Source of the DNA: an uncultured Nitrososphaerales archaeon
Lineage (GTDB): Archaea > Thermoproteota > Nitrososphaeria > Nitrososphaerales > Nitrososphaeraceae
Assembly: GCA_963695855.1 (NCBI GenBank)
Contig: CAVOHZ010000002.1
Location: forward strand, 1-64,000
DNA length: 64,000 bases
Reading direction: 5' to 3'
Of the stretch, positions 31,614 to 41,851 are shown one piece after another. Within the stretch, counting starts at the first letter, position 1. Each line of letters starts with the position of its first letter. The notes beneath the pieces are model-generated. The model was given only the letters and a program-made list of their open reading frames with translations. It was not told the origin of the DNA and searched no databases. Both the position numbers and the translations under genes were made by a program.

Positions 31614-33008
31614 ATGGTTAAAGTCGAGTTTATAATTCCATCTGTTTTAAACAAGGGAGCTGGAGAAAAAAAAGTATCATTAGAAGCCGACAATCTACAA
31701 AATGCCTTCAATAAGGCTTCAGATATCTTGGGTGATGATTTCAAACGTAGGGTATTTGATCTTAATGGCAAACCTCGTGCTCTAATTAACATATATATTA
31801 ATGGAAAAAATATGCGTTTTAACAAGGATGGAATGACCACATCTCTTAATGAAGGTGATTCTATCTATATCCTTCCTGCAGTAGCCGGAGGTTCAAACAA
31901 ACCCACAGTAGTAACTCGTAATGAACTAGATAGTAAAGACATTCAGCGTTATTCTAGACAAATAATGTTAGAAGAAATAGGATTTATTGGAATGGAGAAA
32001 TTAAGAAATTCCAAAGTTTGTGTGGTCGGTGTTGGTGGCATTGGAAATCCAGTTGTAACTCAATTAACAGCTATGGGTATAGGAAAGATCCGTATTGTTG
32101 ATAGAGATGTAGTTGAAATATCTAATTTACATAGACAGCATTTGTATACTGAACAAGATATTGGAAAAGTTAAAGTTGAAGCGGCTATAGAGCATCTGAA
32201 AAAAAGGAATACAGACGTAGAAATTGAAGCACTTCCAATTTCAGTTACTCCCTATACAGCAGAAAATATTGTTAAAGGCTTTGATATTGTTATTGATGCT
32301 TTAGATAGTGTTGATGCTAGATATGCATTAAACGATGCATGTATTAAACACAACATTCCTTTGATCTATGCAGGTGCATTAGGAATGTTGGGATCAGTTT
32401 GTACAATTCTTCCAAACAATTCTGCCTGTCTAAGATGCATCTTTCCTGCATTGTCTGAAGATGATATGCCAACTTGTAGTACAGAAGGAGTTCATCCATC
32501 TATTCTTTATTTAGTGGGGGGCCTTCAAGTCTCAGAAGCAGTAAAAATATTATTGAACCAGAAACCAACTTTAGTAAATACACTATTGTACATCGATCTT
32601 AACGAGTTATCATTCGAACGTATTAGGATGTTTAGACATGATGAATGCCCGTCATGTGGAAAAGAAAAGGTAGATATGATTAAACACCGAGAAACAGAAC
32701 ATAATCTCATAATTGAGGAATTATGTGGTAGAGATAGAGGAAAAAGAACCTATACTGTTACACCAATGGAAATACCTTCTGATATAAATTTAAATAAAAT
32801 AATACAAAATGCAGAATTGTTAGGTTATAACTTAAAAACTCGTGGAACTTTGGGAATAACTGTTATATCTAATAACACTAATCCATCTCAACAATTATCT
32901 GTAAGTTTTATGACCAGTGGTGCAGCAACTATTGTCGGTGCAAAAGACGAAAAAGACGCACTTTTTATCTACAAAAACTTTGTTAATACAACTGATGATA
33001 AGGCCTGA
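31614..33008 (+). CDS. MoaD/SAMP ubiquitin-like domain fused to ThiF/MoeB (E1-like) adenylyltransferase
   Basis: Ubl domain ending PAVAGG, then RYSRQ, GVGGIG, SNLHRQ, CLRC and CPSC. Confidence 0.92.
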   Translation: MVKVEFIIPSVLNKGAGEKKVSLEADNLQNAFNKASDILGDDFKRRVFDLNGKPRALINIYINGKNMRFNKDGMTTSLNEGDSIYILPAVAGGSNKPTVVTRNELDSKDIQRYSRQIMLEEIGFIGMEKLRNSKVCVVGVGGIGNPVVTQLTAMGIGKIRIVDRDVVEISNLHRQHLYTEQDIGKVKVEAAIEHLKKRNTDVEIEALPISVTPYTAENIVKGFDIVIDALDSVDARYALNDACIKHNIPLIYAGALGMLGSVCTILPNNSACLRCIFPALSEDDMPTCSTEGVHPSILYLVGGLQVSEAVKILLNQKPTLVNTLLYIDLNELSFERIRMFRHDECPSCGKEKVDMIKHRETEHNLIIEELCGRDRGKRTYTVTPMEIPSDINLNKIIQNAELLGYNLKTRGTLGITVISNNTNPSQQLSVSFMTSGAATIVGAKDEKDALFIYKNFVNTTDDKA

Positions 33009-33024
33009 TCAGATATCATCGTTG

Positions 33025-33605
33025 TGTTAGTTTAACGATATTTATTCAGCTATAAGGTACTATTTCTTTCTAACAATCCTTGATCATTAGAATAGAAACA
33101 GAACATACGATTGATGATGATGATGATGTATTCTTCTCTGTATTTATTTACTTTCTTGTTCTCTGTCAGTCTCAAAAAAATAAAGACATTGAAATCTTCT
33201 AAAAATGAAAACAAAAGAAGTTACATCTTTTCAAATCTATATGATAATAAGTTCAATCTTTACAATAGATAAAAGAATAATCAAATATTACTTAATATCT
33301 ATAGATTTCTTGTACTGTATTGAACTTGAAAAATCGGTGCTTGTAACAAAGAGTTTTATAATTTCTTATCTCCAAGCATGAACTTTTATACCCAAAACAC
33401 AGAATATATTCTCCTTTAGAAGACCCTGATAGAACGAATAAGCAGTATTTCAAATAGAACCTCCTTCATGATTGCTATTCATGTATAGCAACAAGAACAG
33501 AAAATGTGATCTAGGACATGTATAGAATCGGATTAGATTGTTTATTCATTTATACAATACAACAATCAAAACAAAAAAATATAGTTTCATTTTTCAATAA
33601 AATTA
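33025..33605 (+). mobile_element. Non-autonomous decayed IS6-derived element, copy 1
   Basis: Near-identical to the reverse complement of 50974..51566. Broken frames read RNRT..LYL..F.L and KHR.YSPLE..LIER..QYFK.RT...C...CDL.HV...I.LF...YN. Confidence 0.75.
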
Positions 33606-33763
33606 CTTAATAGCATCAAATCTTACATTATATTTTGGATGTTCCTCTTAAAATTAAATTATTTAAACCATGTTCTGATTCGAGGAGATATCAAAATGTA
33701 AACCAATTTTTAAGTATTGAATAAATTACTTGTAGATATACATTAATTTTTTGATTTATGGCT

Positions 33764-34228
33764 TTAATTTACAATAAAATTAGATTGTATAGACGGATCC
33801 AAATGATTCTTGATTTTTTCTGAATAATCTAACAATTCAGTTTCATTAGCAATATAACGTGTAGGCCATCTTCCATTTGGATTATCGTTTTTGAATCGAG
33901 GTATGATATGAACATGTACATGACGAATAATTTGATTGGCAGTCCTTCCATTATTTTGTCCAATATTAAATCCATCTGCAGATATTGCGGAAACAACTGC
34001 TTTAGATATTATTCTAACTAATGAATACAATTCTCCTACTTCTTTGGGGGACATAAAAAGTAAATTATCATAATGTTTTTTTGGAATAACTAAAGTATGG
34101 CCTGTTGTTATTGGATATTTATCCATTATTACTAGAAAATCATTATTTTCATAAACAATTGCTCCTTCAATAGCTCCATTAATAATTGAACAGAATATAC
34201 AAGAATTATTATTACTGTCGTAATTCAT
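33764..34228 (-). CDS. HIT family protein
   Basis: CIFC, GHTLVIPK and HVHVHIIPR motifs. Confidence 0.93.
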   Translation of the reverse strand: MNYDSNNNSCIFCSIINGAIEGAIVYENNDFLVIMDKYPITTGHTLVIPKKHYDNLLFMSPKEVGELYSLVRIISKAVVSAISADGFNIGQNNGRTANQIIRHVHVHIIPRFKNDNPNGRWPTRYIANETELLDYSEKIKNHLDPSIQSNFIVN

Positions 34229-34353
34229 AATAATTTTCTATCAATAAAGATATTGTTATTTATTTCTTGGTATTTATAATCTTTTAAGGTATTGATAGTT
34301 GATCTTGTTATAGCCAATTTTAAATATCACTATTTCATCCTATCTGTTAAATT

Positions 34354-34542
34354 ATGGTAGAAACTATAGATATTGATAATTTTAATATATATTTGTCATT
34401 TAAATGTCCTAAATGTGAATATCAGAATGATGAAATATCGGGGGCAGATTTGACGAATGGAAATGCTGAATGCGGGATGTGTGAAACTATATTCAAGATA
34501 GAAGGACTTGATACAATCAAGATAACAGCTTTTATTGAATAA
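34354..34542 (+). CDS. Small Zn-ribbon protein
   Basis: CPKC...CGMC. Confidence 0.6.
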   Translation: MVETIDIDNFNIYLSFKCPKCEYQNDEISGADLTNGNAECGMCETIFKIEGLDTIKITAFIE

Positions 34543-34631
34543 GGAAATATTTTTAATCCATTTTGAAATAATCGATAATATTTATTAAGAAAACGAACAA
34601 TATAAAAATAAACTATCGAATTCTTACTTTA

Positions 34632-36323
34632 ATGAAATTACCTAGTAGAAAAACTTTGGATGGACCTTCAAGATCTCCTCATAGGGCGATGTACAAAGCA
34701 ATGGGATTAAAAGATGATGATTTAAATAAACCCCTCATTGGTGTATCTTCTACTTCTAACGAAGCAACACCTTGTAATATTCATTTAGGTAAACTCGCTC
34801 AATTTTCAAAAAAAGGCGTATCAGATTGTAATTGTACCCCAAGGGAATTCACAGCTATCGCTGTTTCAGACGGAATCGCTATGGGTCATGAAGGAATGAA
34901 GGCTTCTTTAGTTAGTAGAGAAATAATTGCAGATTCAATTGAAGTAATGATGAGAGCTCATCAATATGACGGTTTGGTTGGAATTTCTGGATGTGATAAG
35001 AGTCTTCCTGGAACCTTGATGGCAATGGCTCGGTTAAACTTGCCATCGATTTTTGTTTATGGAGGAACAATAATGCCAGGAAGCTGGAATAACAGAGATG
35101 TTACTATACAGGATGTTTATGAAGCTGTAGGTTCATTCGAAGCTGGAAATATGAATTTAGAAGAGTTATTGCAATTGGAGAATGTTGCATGTCCGTCAGT
35201 TGGTTCATGTGGAGGGATGTATACCGCAAATACAATGGCATCAATAAGTGAGGCGTTAGGAATGTCATTACCAGGAAGTGCTTCACCTCCAGCAGAAAGC
35301 GAAAAAAGAAATGAAATATGTTATGAAACCGGAAAGAAAATCTATGATCTAGTGGAAAATAATATTTGTCCTAAAGACATTTTAACTTTTGAGGCTTTTG
35401 AAAATGCAATAGCAATAACAAATGCTTTGGGAGGATCCACGAATGCTGTACTTCATTTGCTAGCAATAGCCAAGGAAATAGGAGTCAAACTTATACTGAA
35501 GGATTTTGAAAGAGTTAGAAAACGTACTCCTCATATAGTCAATATGAGGCCAGGAGGGATATATGTTATGTTGGATTTGGATAAAATTGGTGGAATTCCA
35601 ATCATACTAAAGAGTTTATTAAAAAAGGGTCTAATTCATGGTGAAACACTAACCGTTACTGGTAAGAATATGAAGAAGAATTTGGAATCATTTACAAATG
35701 TATCTATTGATGAAAATATTTTAACATCTTTTGATAGACCTTTGCATAGTGAGGGGACTCTTAAAATTTTGAAAGGTTCTCTAGCTCCAGAGGGTGCTGT
35801 GGTAAAGATTGCTGGTGTCAATTCTACAGAATTTATTGGTAGAGCCAAAGTTTTTGAAAGTGAGGAAGAAGCATTCAGGGAAATTTCAAAGAAAAAAATT
35901 GTTGAAGGAGATGTTGTGATTATTCGGTATGAAGGTCCTAGAGGGGGACCTGGTATGAGAGAGATGCTATCTGTAACAGCAGCATTAGTAGGACAGGGAC
36001 TAGGTGAAAAAGTTGCTATGGTTACTGATGGAAGGTTTTCTGGAGCAACTAGAGGATTTATGATAGGACATGTATCACCAGAGGCCATGTTAGGCGGTCC
36101 AATAGCACTAGTAAAGAACGGAGATAACATACGAATAGATATCAAAAAAGGAAAAATAGATTTAGATTTATCTAAAATAGAACTTGGGCGAAGAGAGAAG
36201 AAATGGAAACCACTAAAGCCACACTATAAAACTGGAGCCCTTGCAAAATATGCATCATTGGTTAGTTCGGCTTCTGAAGGTGCAATTACTAGACCAATTA
36301 TAGAATCTAAAAATCAGCGATGA
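34632..36323 (+). CDS. ilvD: Dihydroxy-acid dehydratase
   Basis: TPCN, SDGIAMG, CDKS, GPGMREM and TDGRFSG motifs. Confidence 0.96.
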   Translation: MKLPSRKTLDGPSRSPHRAMYKAMGLKDDDLNKPLIGVSSTSNEATPCNIHLGKLAQFSKKGVSDCNCTPREFTAIAVSDGIAMGHEGMKASLVSREIIADSIEVMMRAHQYDGLVGISGCDKSLPGTLMAMARLNLPSIFVYGGTIMPGSWNNRDVTIQDVYEAVGSFEAGNMNLEELLQLENVACPSVGSCGGMYTANTMASISEALGMSLPGSASPPAESEKRNEICYETGKKIYDLVENNICPKDILTFEAFENAIAITNALGGSTNAVLHLLAIAKEIGVKLILKDFERVRKRTPHIVNMRPGGIYVMLDLDKIGGIPIILKSLLKKGLIHGETLTVTGKNMKKNLESFTNVSIDENILTSFDRPLHSEGTLKILKGSLAPEGAVVKIAGVNSTEFIGRAKVFESEEEAFREISKKKIVEGDVVIIRYEGPRGGPGMREMLSVTAALVGQGLGEKVAMVTDGRFSGATRGFMIGHVSPEAMLGGPIALVKNGDNIRIDIKKGKIDLDLSKIELGRREKKWKPLKPHYKTGALAKYASLVSSASEGAITRPIIESKNQR

Positions 36324-36753
36324 AATTCTATTCTTATTTTATTTATTTTTAATCAGATATTGCTAGGTAATAATTAATCTATTCTTTAACGCTTAAGTAT
36401 ATGTAATACTATATTATAGTTACCACTGAAATCTCTATAGCGTATTTTTGCGGCACTATCCCTAAATCTAATGCAGACAGAAAAAAAGGAGTATATATCA
36501 TAACCTATTGAGAATCTTCACGCCCATTCGGTGGATTACTTTTGCGAATCCTCCAACTATATGATATTCATGAATAATATTACCAGAGAAATAGATAGAT
36601 GATAGACGAAAATCCTTTATAATATATTATCAAAATACTTGTACTTACTACTGTCAATAATAATATGTCCGTAGTAAAGTTAGTCCAGTTAAAATATGAG
36701 AACTTATGAAAGATTGAAAAAACATAATCAATATCATAATAATGATAATAATT

Positions 36754-37764
36754 GCCTTGTTGCACAACTTGTTCTTCTCAACACATTTAGCTAACCAATT
36801 CTAGTCATATTATGTGAACTGGAGAAATTACAACGAATCTCTTGTTAAACGTGGTGAGGTATTACTGGATTTTGATGTTATAGATAACTGGAATACTGAA
36901 CTAGAGAAGATGAATAAGGAAAAGGAAGGTAGGAAATTCGTATATCCAGATTCATTTGTCAAGTTATTGGGATACATGAGAGCATACTTTCACTTACCCT
37001 ACAGACAAACTGAAGGAGTAGTAAGAGAACATGCTTCAAACACTTTGCCATCAATTCCAGATTATAGTAACATTAGCAGAAGAATAAATAGACTGGATAT
37101 CAAGATTTCTGATGATATAACCAAATCTAACTTGCATGATGATAATTTTGTTATTGCAATTGATTCTACCGGTATAAAGGTATCTAAGAGGGGTGAATGG
37201 ATTAGACACAAGTGGAATGTAAAAAGAGGATATCTAAAGATACATTTAGCAGTCGATATAAAAAAGAAGAGAATTCTATCATTAGATGTTACTAGTGAAG
37301 AAGTACATGATGTAAAAGTACTTCCAAAATTGGTTGATTATATAGCAATAAAACAGAATAAGGTAATAGATACTGCTATCATGGATGGTTCCTATGATAG
37401 CAACAAGATCTTTCAGTTTCTATCATTTAAAGGCATACAACCAGCAATAAAGGTAAGAAAGAATTCTAGATGCAGAAACAAGACCAATCATTACCTTAGA
37501 AACAAGATGGTGAAAATGCAGAAGAATGATTTGCAAGAATGGAAAGATAGTGTACGCTATGGACAAAGATGGATGGTAGAATCTGTTTTTTCCTCTATGA
37601 AGAGAATGTTTGGTGAATATGTTACTGCTATCAGGTTAGAGAACATGATAAGAGAGATAATGTTGAAAGCATCGTTGTATAACTGGTTTCAAAGTATAAC
37701 TGTTACATAATTATCAATTATATAATAATGAGAACGATTGGTTAAACGAGTTATGCAACAAACC
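36754..37764 (+). mobile_element. IS5-family (IS903/ISH1-like) insertion sequence
   Basis: Inverted ends GCCTTGTTGCACAACT and AGTTATGCAACAAACC enclose an intact transposase. The TSD is ambiguous in AAT-rich flanks. Confidence 0.88.
36814..37710 (+). CDS. IS5-family DDE transposase
   Basis: NWRNYNESLVKRG, IDSTG, DGSYD and YGQRWMVESVFSSMKR motifs. Confidence 0.93.
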   Translation: MNWRNYNESLVKRGEVLLDFDVIDNWNTELEKMNKEKEGRKFVYPDSFVKLLGYMRAYFHLPYRQTEGVVREHASNTLPSIPDYSNISRRINRLDIKISDDITKSNLHDDNFVIAIDSTGIKVSKRGEWIRHKWNVKRGYLKIHLAVDIKKKRILSLDVTSEEVHDVKVLPKLVDYIAIKQNKVIDTAIMDGSYDSNKIFQFLSFKGIQPAIKVRKNSRCRNKTNHYLRNKMVKMQKNDLQEWKDSVRYGQRWMVESVFSSMKRMFGEYVTAIRLENMIREIMLKASLYNWFQSITVT

Positions 37765-37779
37765 AATAATAATGATAAT

Positions 37780-38094
37780 GTAGATTCACGGTTTAATGAT
37801 CCTGCTTTCAATTACTTTAAGCAAAATGATTTTTGTATATTATGGAGTAAACAAAATACTCTGACTCCTGCGCTAGTGACTACAGATTTCGTGTAATTGA
37901 GATTGGTAGGAGATAGAAGTATTGATGACAAAAATTTTGGAACGATACAAAAAGATAGAAAATTGGAAATGCAAAAGTGGTCTAACATTTTAAATGATCT
38001 AAAGAATGATGAAGCAATCATAAAGAAAGCAATTGTATCTGCAAACGATCACTATGCTGGTTTTGGTCCTCTTACTGCTAGAATGTTGAGATGA
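37780..38094 (+). pseudogene. DUF72-family C-terminal remnant
   Basis: VTTDFV*LRLVGDRSID...SANDHYAGFGP; internal stop; truncated next to the IS. Confidence 0.65.
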
Positions 38095-38448
38095 TAAATC
38101 TCAAGATAAGATAATATCATTTCCTATTATAAATTATAAAGATTATTTTGATAATATTGAAATGAAAATTATTCTCTGAATTTGACAATTGACAATCATC
38201 AATTCACATTTTTTAAATAGAATAATAATAAATAATAAAGGATTAGAAGTTGAATTTTATATGATATTATTAATAGAATATTAGACTTTCATGAGTATGG
38301 GAAAAATCATAATGATTATAGAAATTCTATAACAAACTCTGAAGTATACAAAATTGTACAAATATGGATAATTTAAAATATCCATGTTTCAACAAAACCG
38401 AGAATATAAAATATATATTTTTAATTGTGCAATAAATTCTAAATTGAA

Positions 38449-38742
38449 ATGATAACCCCAGAAGAATTTCAATATTGGGCTAATAAAATTAAAACTCGAT
38501 CTCAAGAAAGAATTAATGATTCTGATGAAAACCGAATAAGATTAGCAACAAATCCTAGAATCTATCCATGGTTTGAATTTATCGTAGATTCAAGAGATAC
38601 AGAAGCAATTGATTCAATAATTTATATGGTCAAAGAAAATTTAAACAGTATTCCTGAAGAATTTAGATATGAGTTTCAACAGGTAATATTAGATGGATTG
38701 GATAGAATAAAAAATAGAAAAAATACTGGTTATTTCTACTGA
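38449..38742 (+). CDS. Hypothetical protein
   Basis: 97-aa ORF with plausible helical composition. Confidence 0.5.
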   Translation: MITPEEFQYWANKIKTRSQERINDSDENRIRLATNPRIYPWFEFIVDSRDTEAIDSIIYMVKENLNSIPEEFRYEFQQVILDGLDRIKNRKNTGYFY

Positions 38743-39015
38743 AATATAAAATTGATAAGAATTATTTGAATATTATCCTAAATTACTTTTTAGTTATCAT
38801 CTGGAAATTCTTGAATCCTGATGCTGCTTTTTCTGCACTGGGAAAAAACTTCGTTCATTGCTTGTGTTATCTCCTTCATTGGTGCTACCTGATGACATGT
38901 TGTAGTTCTCAGCTTTTGTAGCATATGCTAGGTCTTTTGGTTGCTATATCTCAATTGTAAGATCACTAACCAAATGAAAATATTAATTCATTGAAAATAT
39001 TAATTCATTATATGC

Positions 39016-39909
39016 TTAATAAAACTCTATTTTCCATAAATGTTTTTCAGAAGAAGGTTGTAATAATAGTTTCTCATGATAACAAAATCCACAGCTATCT
39101 AACAGATCCTCAAAATCAAAACGTTCACTTAAATACAATCTACATTCTTCTTTGTAATAATCTTTTATAGTTCTAGTAATTTTATCTGACTGTTCAGGAG
39201 TAGAATACACATACCATAAATTATGAGCTGTACGTAAATTCGATAAATGATTGTTTTTAGATAATTTTAAAGGTTCTTCATAGAATTTATTCATCAATTC
39301 TCCATTTACATCAATCCATGATGGGCTTCTCCATGAAGCCAGTTTTTTGAAACCAAATTCTTCGTATTCACATCCCCCATTAACTCCACATTGTCCTCCA
39401 GCATCAAATGTAGTAATTATACATTTTGTTAACCTTGCTATATGTCTACGAAAATCAGTTCCCGGTTGCATCCACCCCACAAATACTATATCAAAAGAGT
39501 TCTCCGTATAATTTAAAACTTCTATTGGATAAGAGTGAACGTAATCCGGCTTTGGTCTGTTTAGTATATAATACAACGTTGCATTTTGTTCTATTCCGAT
39601 AGCTTTTGGCAGATATTTTTTTATTTTTGTAAGGAAATCACCGTTTCCACATCCAACATCAACAAAGGAAGGATCTTGGGAAAGAGACTTTGCAATGGAA
39701 ACTATTCTCAAAATATCTATCTTTCTATAACAAAAGTAAGTTCCTGAAAATAACGGAAAAATAAATCTTTCGTGGTGTAGAGGTGGATTTTGTAATTTAT
39801 ATTGCTTATAATATGAATAAGCTTTTTGAATTTCATCCAGTGAAAAAGACATTATTGAATGATAATGTAGATAACAAATTTTTATATAAATTACATGTAA
39901 AGCGATCAT
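39016..39909 (-). CDS. Class I SAM-dependent methyltransferase
   Basis: VDVGCGNG and FDIVF motifs. Start may be the internal MSFS. Confidence 0.75.
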   Translation of the reverse strand: MIALHVIYIKICYLHYHSIMSFSLDEIQKAYSYYKQYKLQNPPLHHERFIFPLFSGTYFCYRKIDILRIVSIAKSLSQDPSFVDVGCGNGDFLTKIKKYLPKAIGIEQNATLYYILNRPKPDYVHSYPIEVLNYTENSFDIVFVGWMQPGTDFRRHIARLTKCIITTFDAGGQCGVNGGCEYEEFGFKKLASWRSPSWIDVNGELMNKFYEEPLKLSKNNHLSNLRTAHNLWYVYSTPEQSDKITRTIKDYYKEECRLYLSERFDFEDLLDSCGFCYHEKLLLQPSSEKHLWKIEFY

Positions 39910-40007
39910 CTCTCATACTATTATCTTAAATATATCATTATAATTCATTTTATAACACCGTTAAAATATCCCAAAAAGCTTATTAATCTATAGTATTAAT
40001 TCATAAC

Positions 40008-40223
40008 ATGGGTAGAAGTTTTAATGACTGGTGGACTACTGTTCCAGCAGATTTAAAAGAAAAAGCACGTAGAGGAGACGAAAATAATAAACCACTTTTG
40101 AACCAAGTTAATTATGTACTTCTTCATTTGCACTTGGCAGGAAAACATGATACAAAACCATCACATGAAGAATTAAAAGATTGGTTGCACAGTGGTCAAG
40201 TAGACGTTATGAGAACTAAATAA
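40008..40223 (+). CDS. Conserved small hypothetical protein
   Basis: Clean 71-aa ORF with T-rich terminator-like tract downstream. Confidence 0.7.
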   Translation: MGRSFNDWWTTVPADLKEKARRGDENNKPLLNQVNYVLLHLHLAGKHDTKPSHEELKDWLHSGQVDVMRTK

Positions 40224-40395
40224 ATAATACTCTAAAAATTTTTAATTTTTAATTTCTTCCTATTTTATAAAATTTATATTTTAATAATTATAGGTTTATA
40301 ATTCAAAGCATAAATAGTTTAATTATAACACTGTTTTGATATCGACATAGGGTTTAAATAGTTTCACCAGTATCGGTCCCTTAGTGAAATATTGA

Positions 40396-40689
40396 ATGAC
40401 AATTGCAATACTTCCAGATGTTGATGAACAAAGATGTATTGGATGTGCACTTTGTGTAGAAATTTGTACTGCTCTTGGTCCAGATGTTCTTAGAGTAAAA
40501 CCGGTAGAAGGCTGGAAAAGAGGTAAGGCATTTGTCTTTTATCCAGAAAGATGCATTTCTGATGGTGCCTGTGTAGGAGTATGTCCAACACATGCAATAT
40601 TCTGGATGAGACCAATGGAATACACACCAGGACAACCAGTTCCATTACACAAGAACGGTGTATTTGACAAAGGCTGGGAAGAAGGTTAA
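40396..40689 (+). CDS. Dicluster-type ferredoxin
   Basis: CIGCALCVEIC and CISDGACVGVCP. Confidence 0.93.
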   Translation: MTIAILPDVDEQRCIGCALCVEICTALGPDVLRVKPVEGWKRGKAFVFYPERCISDGACVGVCPTHAIFWMRPMEYTPGQPVPLHKNGVFDKGWEEG

Positions 40690-40789
40690 GAAAAAATAGT
40701 AGTCTGATACAACAATAAAAAATCATTTTATTTTTTCTTATTTTATTATTTTATATTTATGAAATAATATTTTTAGATAATATATTTAA

Positions 40790-41353
40790 ATGACTAGAGT
40801 CGGAATTACCGGGAATCCGGGAGTAGGAAAACATACTGTAAGCGAGTTATTATCGAAAAATAAAGGATTGTCGATTATCGACATTAACAAAATAATAATT
40901 TCAAATCATGCTTTTATTACAAAAAATTCAAAAATGGAAATAAATTTGAAAAAAGCAAGAGAACTGATCAAAGATCAAGTAAAAAATGAAAATATAATAA
41001 TCGTTGGTCACCTTCTACCATATCTAATAAGAAAAAAAGAACTTGATTTTGTTATAATTCTTAGGAGATCGCCTTATTCTTTGATCGAGGAATACAAAAG
41101 AAGAAATTATTCTATTGAAAAAATCCAAGAAAATATTGCTAGCGAGATATTGGGAATATGTTTTTACGATACCTTGAGAGTTTTTGGAAAAGAAAAGATT
41201 TCAGAAATTGATACTACTAGGAGTACTCCTGAAGAAACTATGAAAAATGTTATATATAGTTATGAAAATAAATCAGAAAGAAAATTAAGTAATATTGACT
41301 GGCTCGACATGGTATACAAGAAGGGGGATATTCAAAGATTTTTGGAATATTGA
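40790..41353 (+). CDS. Adenylate kinase, AK6/Fap7-like
   Basis: GNPGVGKH P-loop, hhhGH motif and RNYSIEKIQEN. Confidence 0.82.
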   Translation: MTRVGITGNPGVGKHTVSELLSKNKGLSIIDINKIIISNHAFITKNSKMEINLKKARELIKDQVKNENIIIVGHLLPYLIRKKELDFVIILRRSPYSLIEEYKRRNYSIEKIQENIASEILGICFYDTLRVFGKEKISEIDTTRSTPEETMKNVIYSYENKSERKLSNIDWLDMVYKKGDIQRFLEY

Positions 41354-41438
41354 AAAATTTTCATGAAATGTTATATTATATTATGTGAATTGAATTCAAA
41401 TTATATATACCTGAAATAATAACCACAATCGAACTGGT

Positions 41439-41849
41439 TTGTCTGTAGCATTTAGAAAATTTGGAGAAGAAACAATTCAATTTTTAGGAAAAAAAGTATC
41501 TATTGAAACATCTGATGGAAAAACATATGTTGGAACCTTAAGTGGGATAAATGAAAAATTGGATGTAATACTAGATGATTTAGAAACTGGTGGAATAATA
41601 AAAATTATTATGAATGGATCTTTTGTAAAGGAAATTAGATTAATGGAAAAACCATTTGATTTAAAAGCTCTTGCAGAAAGATTTTCTAGAGTTTTCCCGG
41701 GTTTGGTAAAAGTTAGAGAAGATGTTGGTGCTATAATAGTCATGGATAAGATAAAAGTAACTCAAAATGGTATCGAAGAGGGCGGAGGTCTTGCTGCTGA
41801 TAGGATAAAAGCTATCTATGATGAATTTGTGAGGGAGACCAAAAAATAA
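41439..41849 (+). CDS. Lsm/SmAP3-type RNA-binding protein
   Basis: Sm fold (GKKV.I...DGK.Y.G.L) with C-terminal extension. Confidence 0.85.
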   Translation: MSVAFRKFGEETIQFLGKKVSIETSDGKTYVGTLSGINEKLDVILDDLETGGIIKIIMNGSFVKEIRLMEKPFDLKALAERFSRVFPGLVKVREDVGAIIVMDKIKVTQNGIEEGGGLAADRIKAIYDEFVRETKK

Positions 41850-41851
41850 AT

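Noticed and set aside
33025-33605. Repeated non-coding segment as a novel structured ncRNA
   Set aside because: Broken frames match IS6-like transposase motifs, so a decayed IS explains it better.
35636-36145. Long antisense ORFs inside ilvD (and similarly ilvE, thrC, pstA and pdxT)
   Set aside because: They are fully nested antisense to well-supported core genes, a codon-bias artefact.
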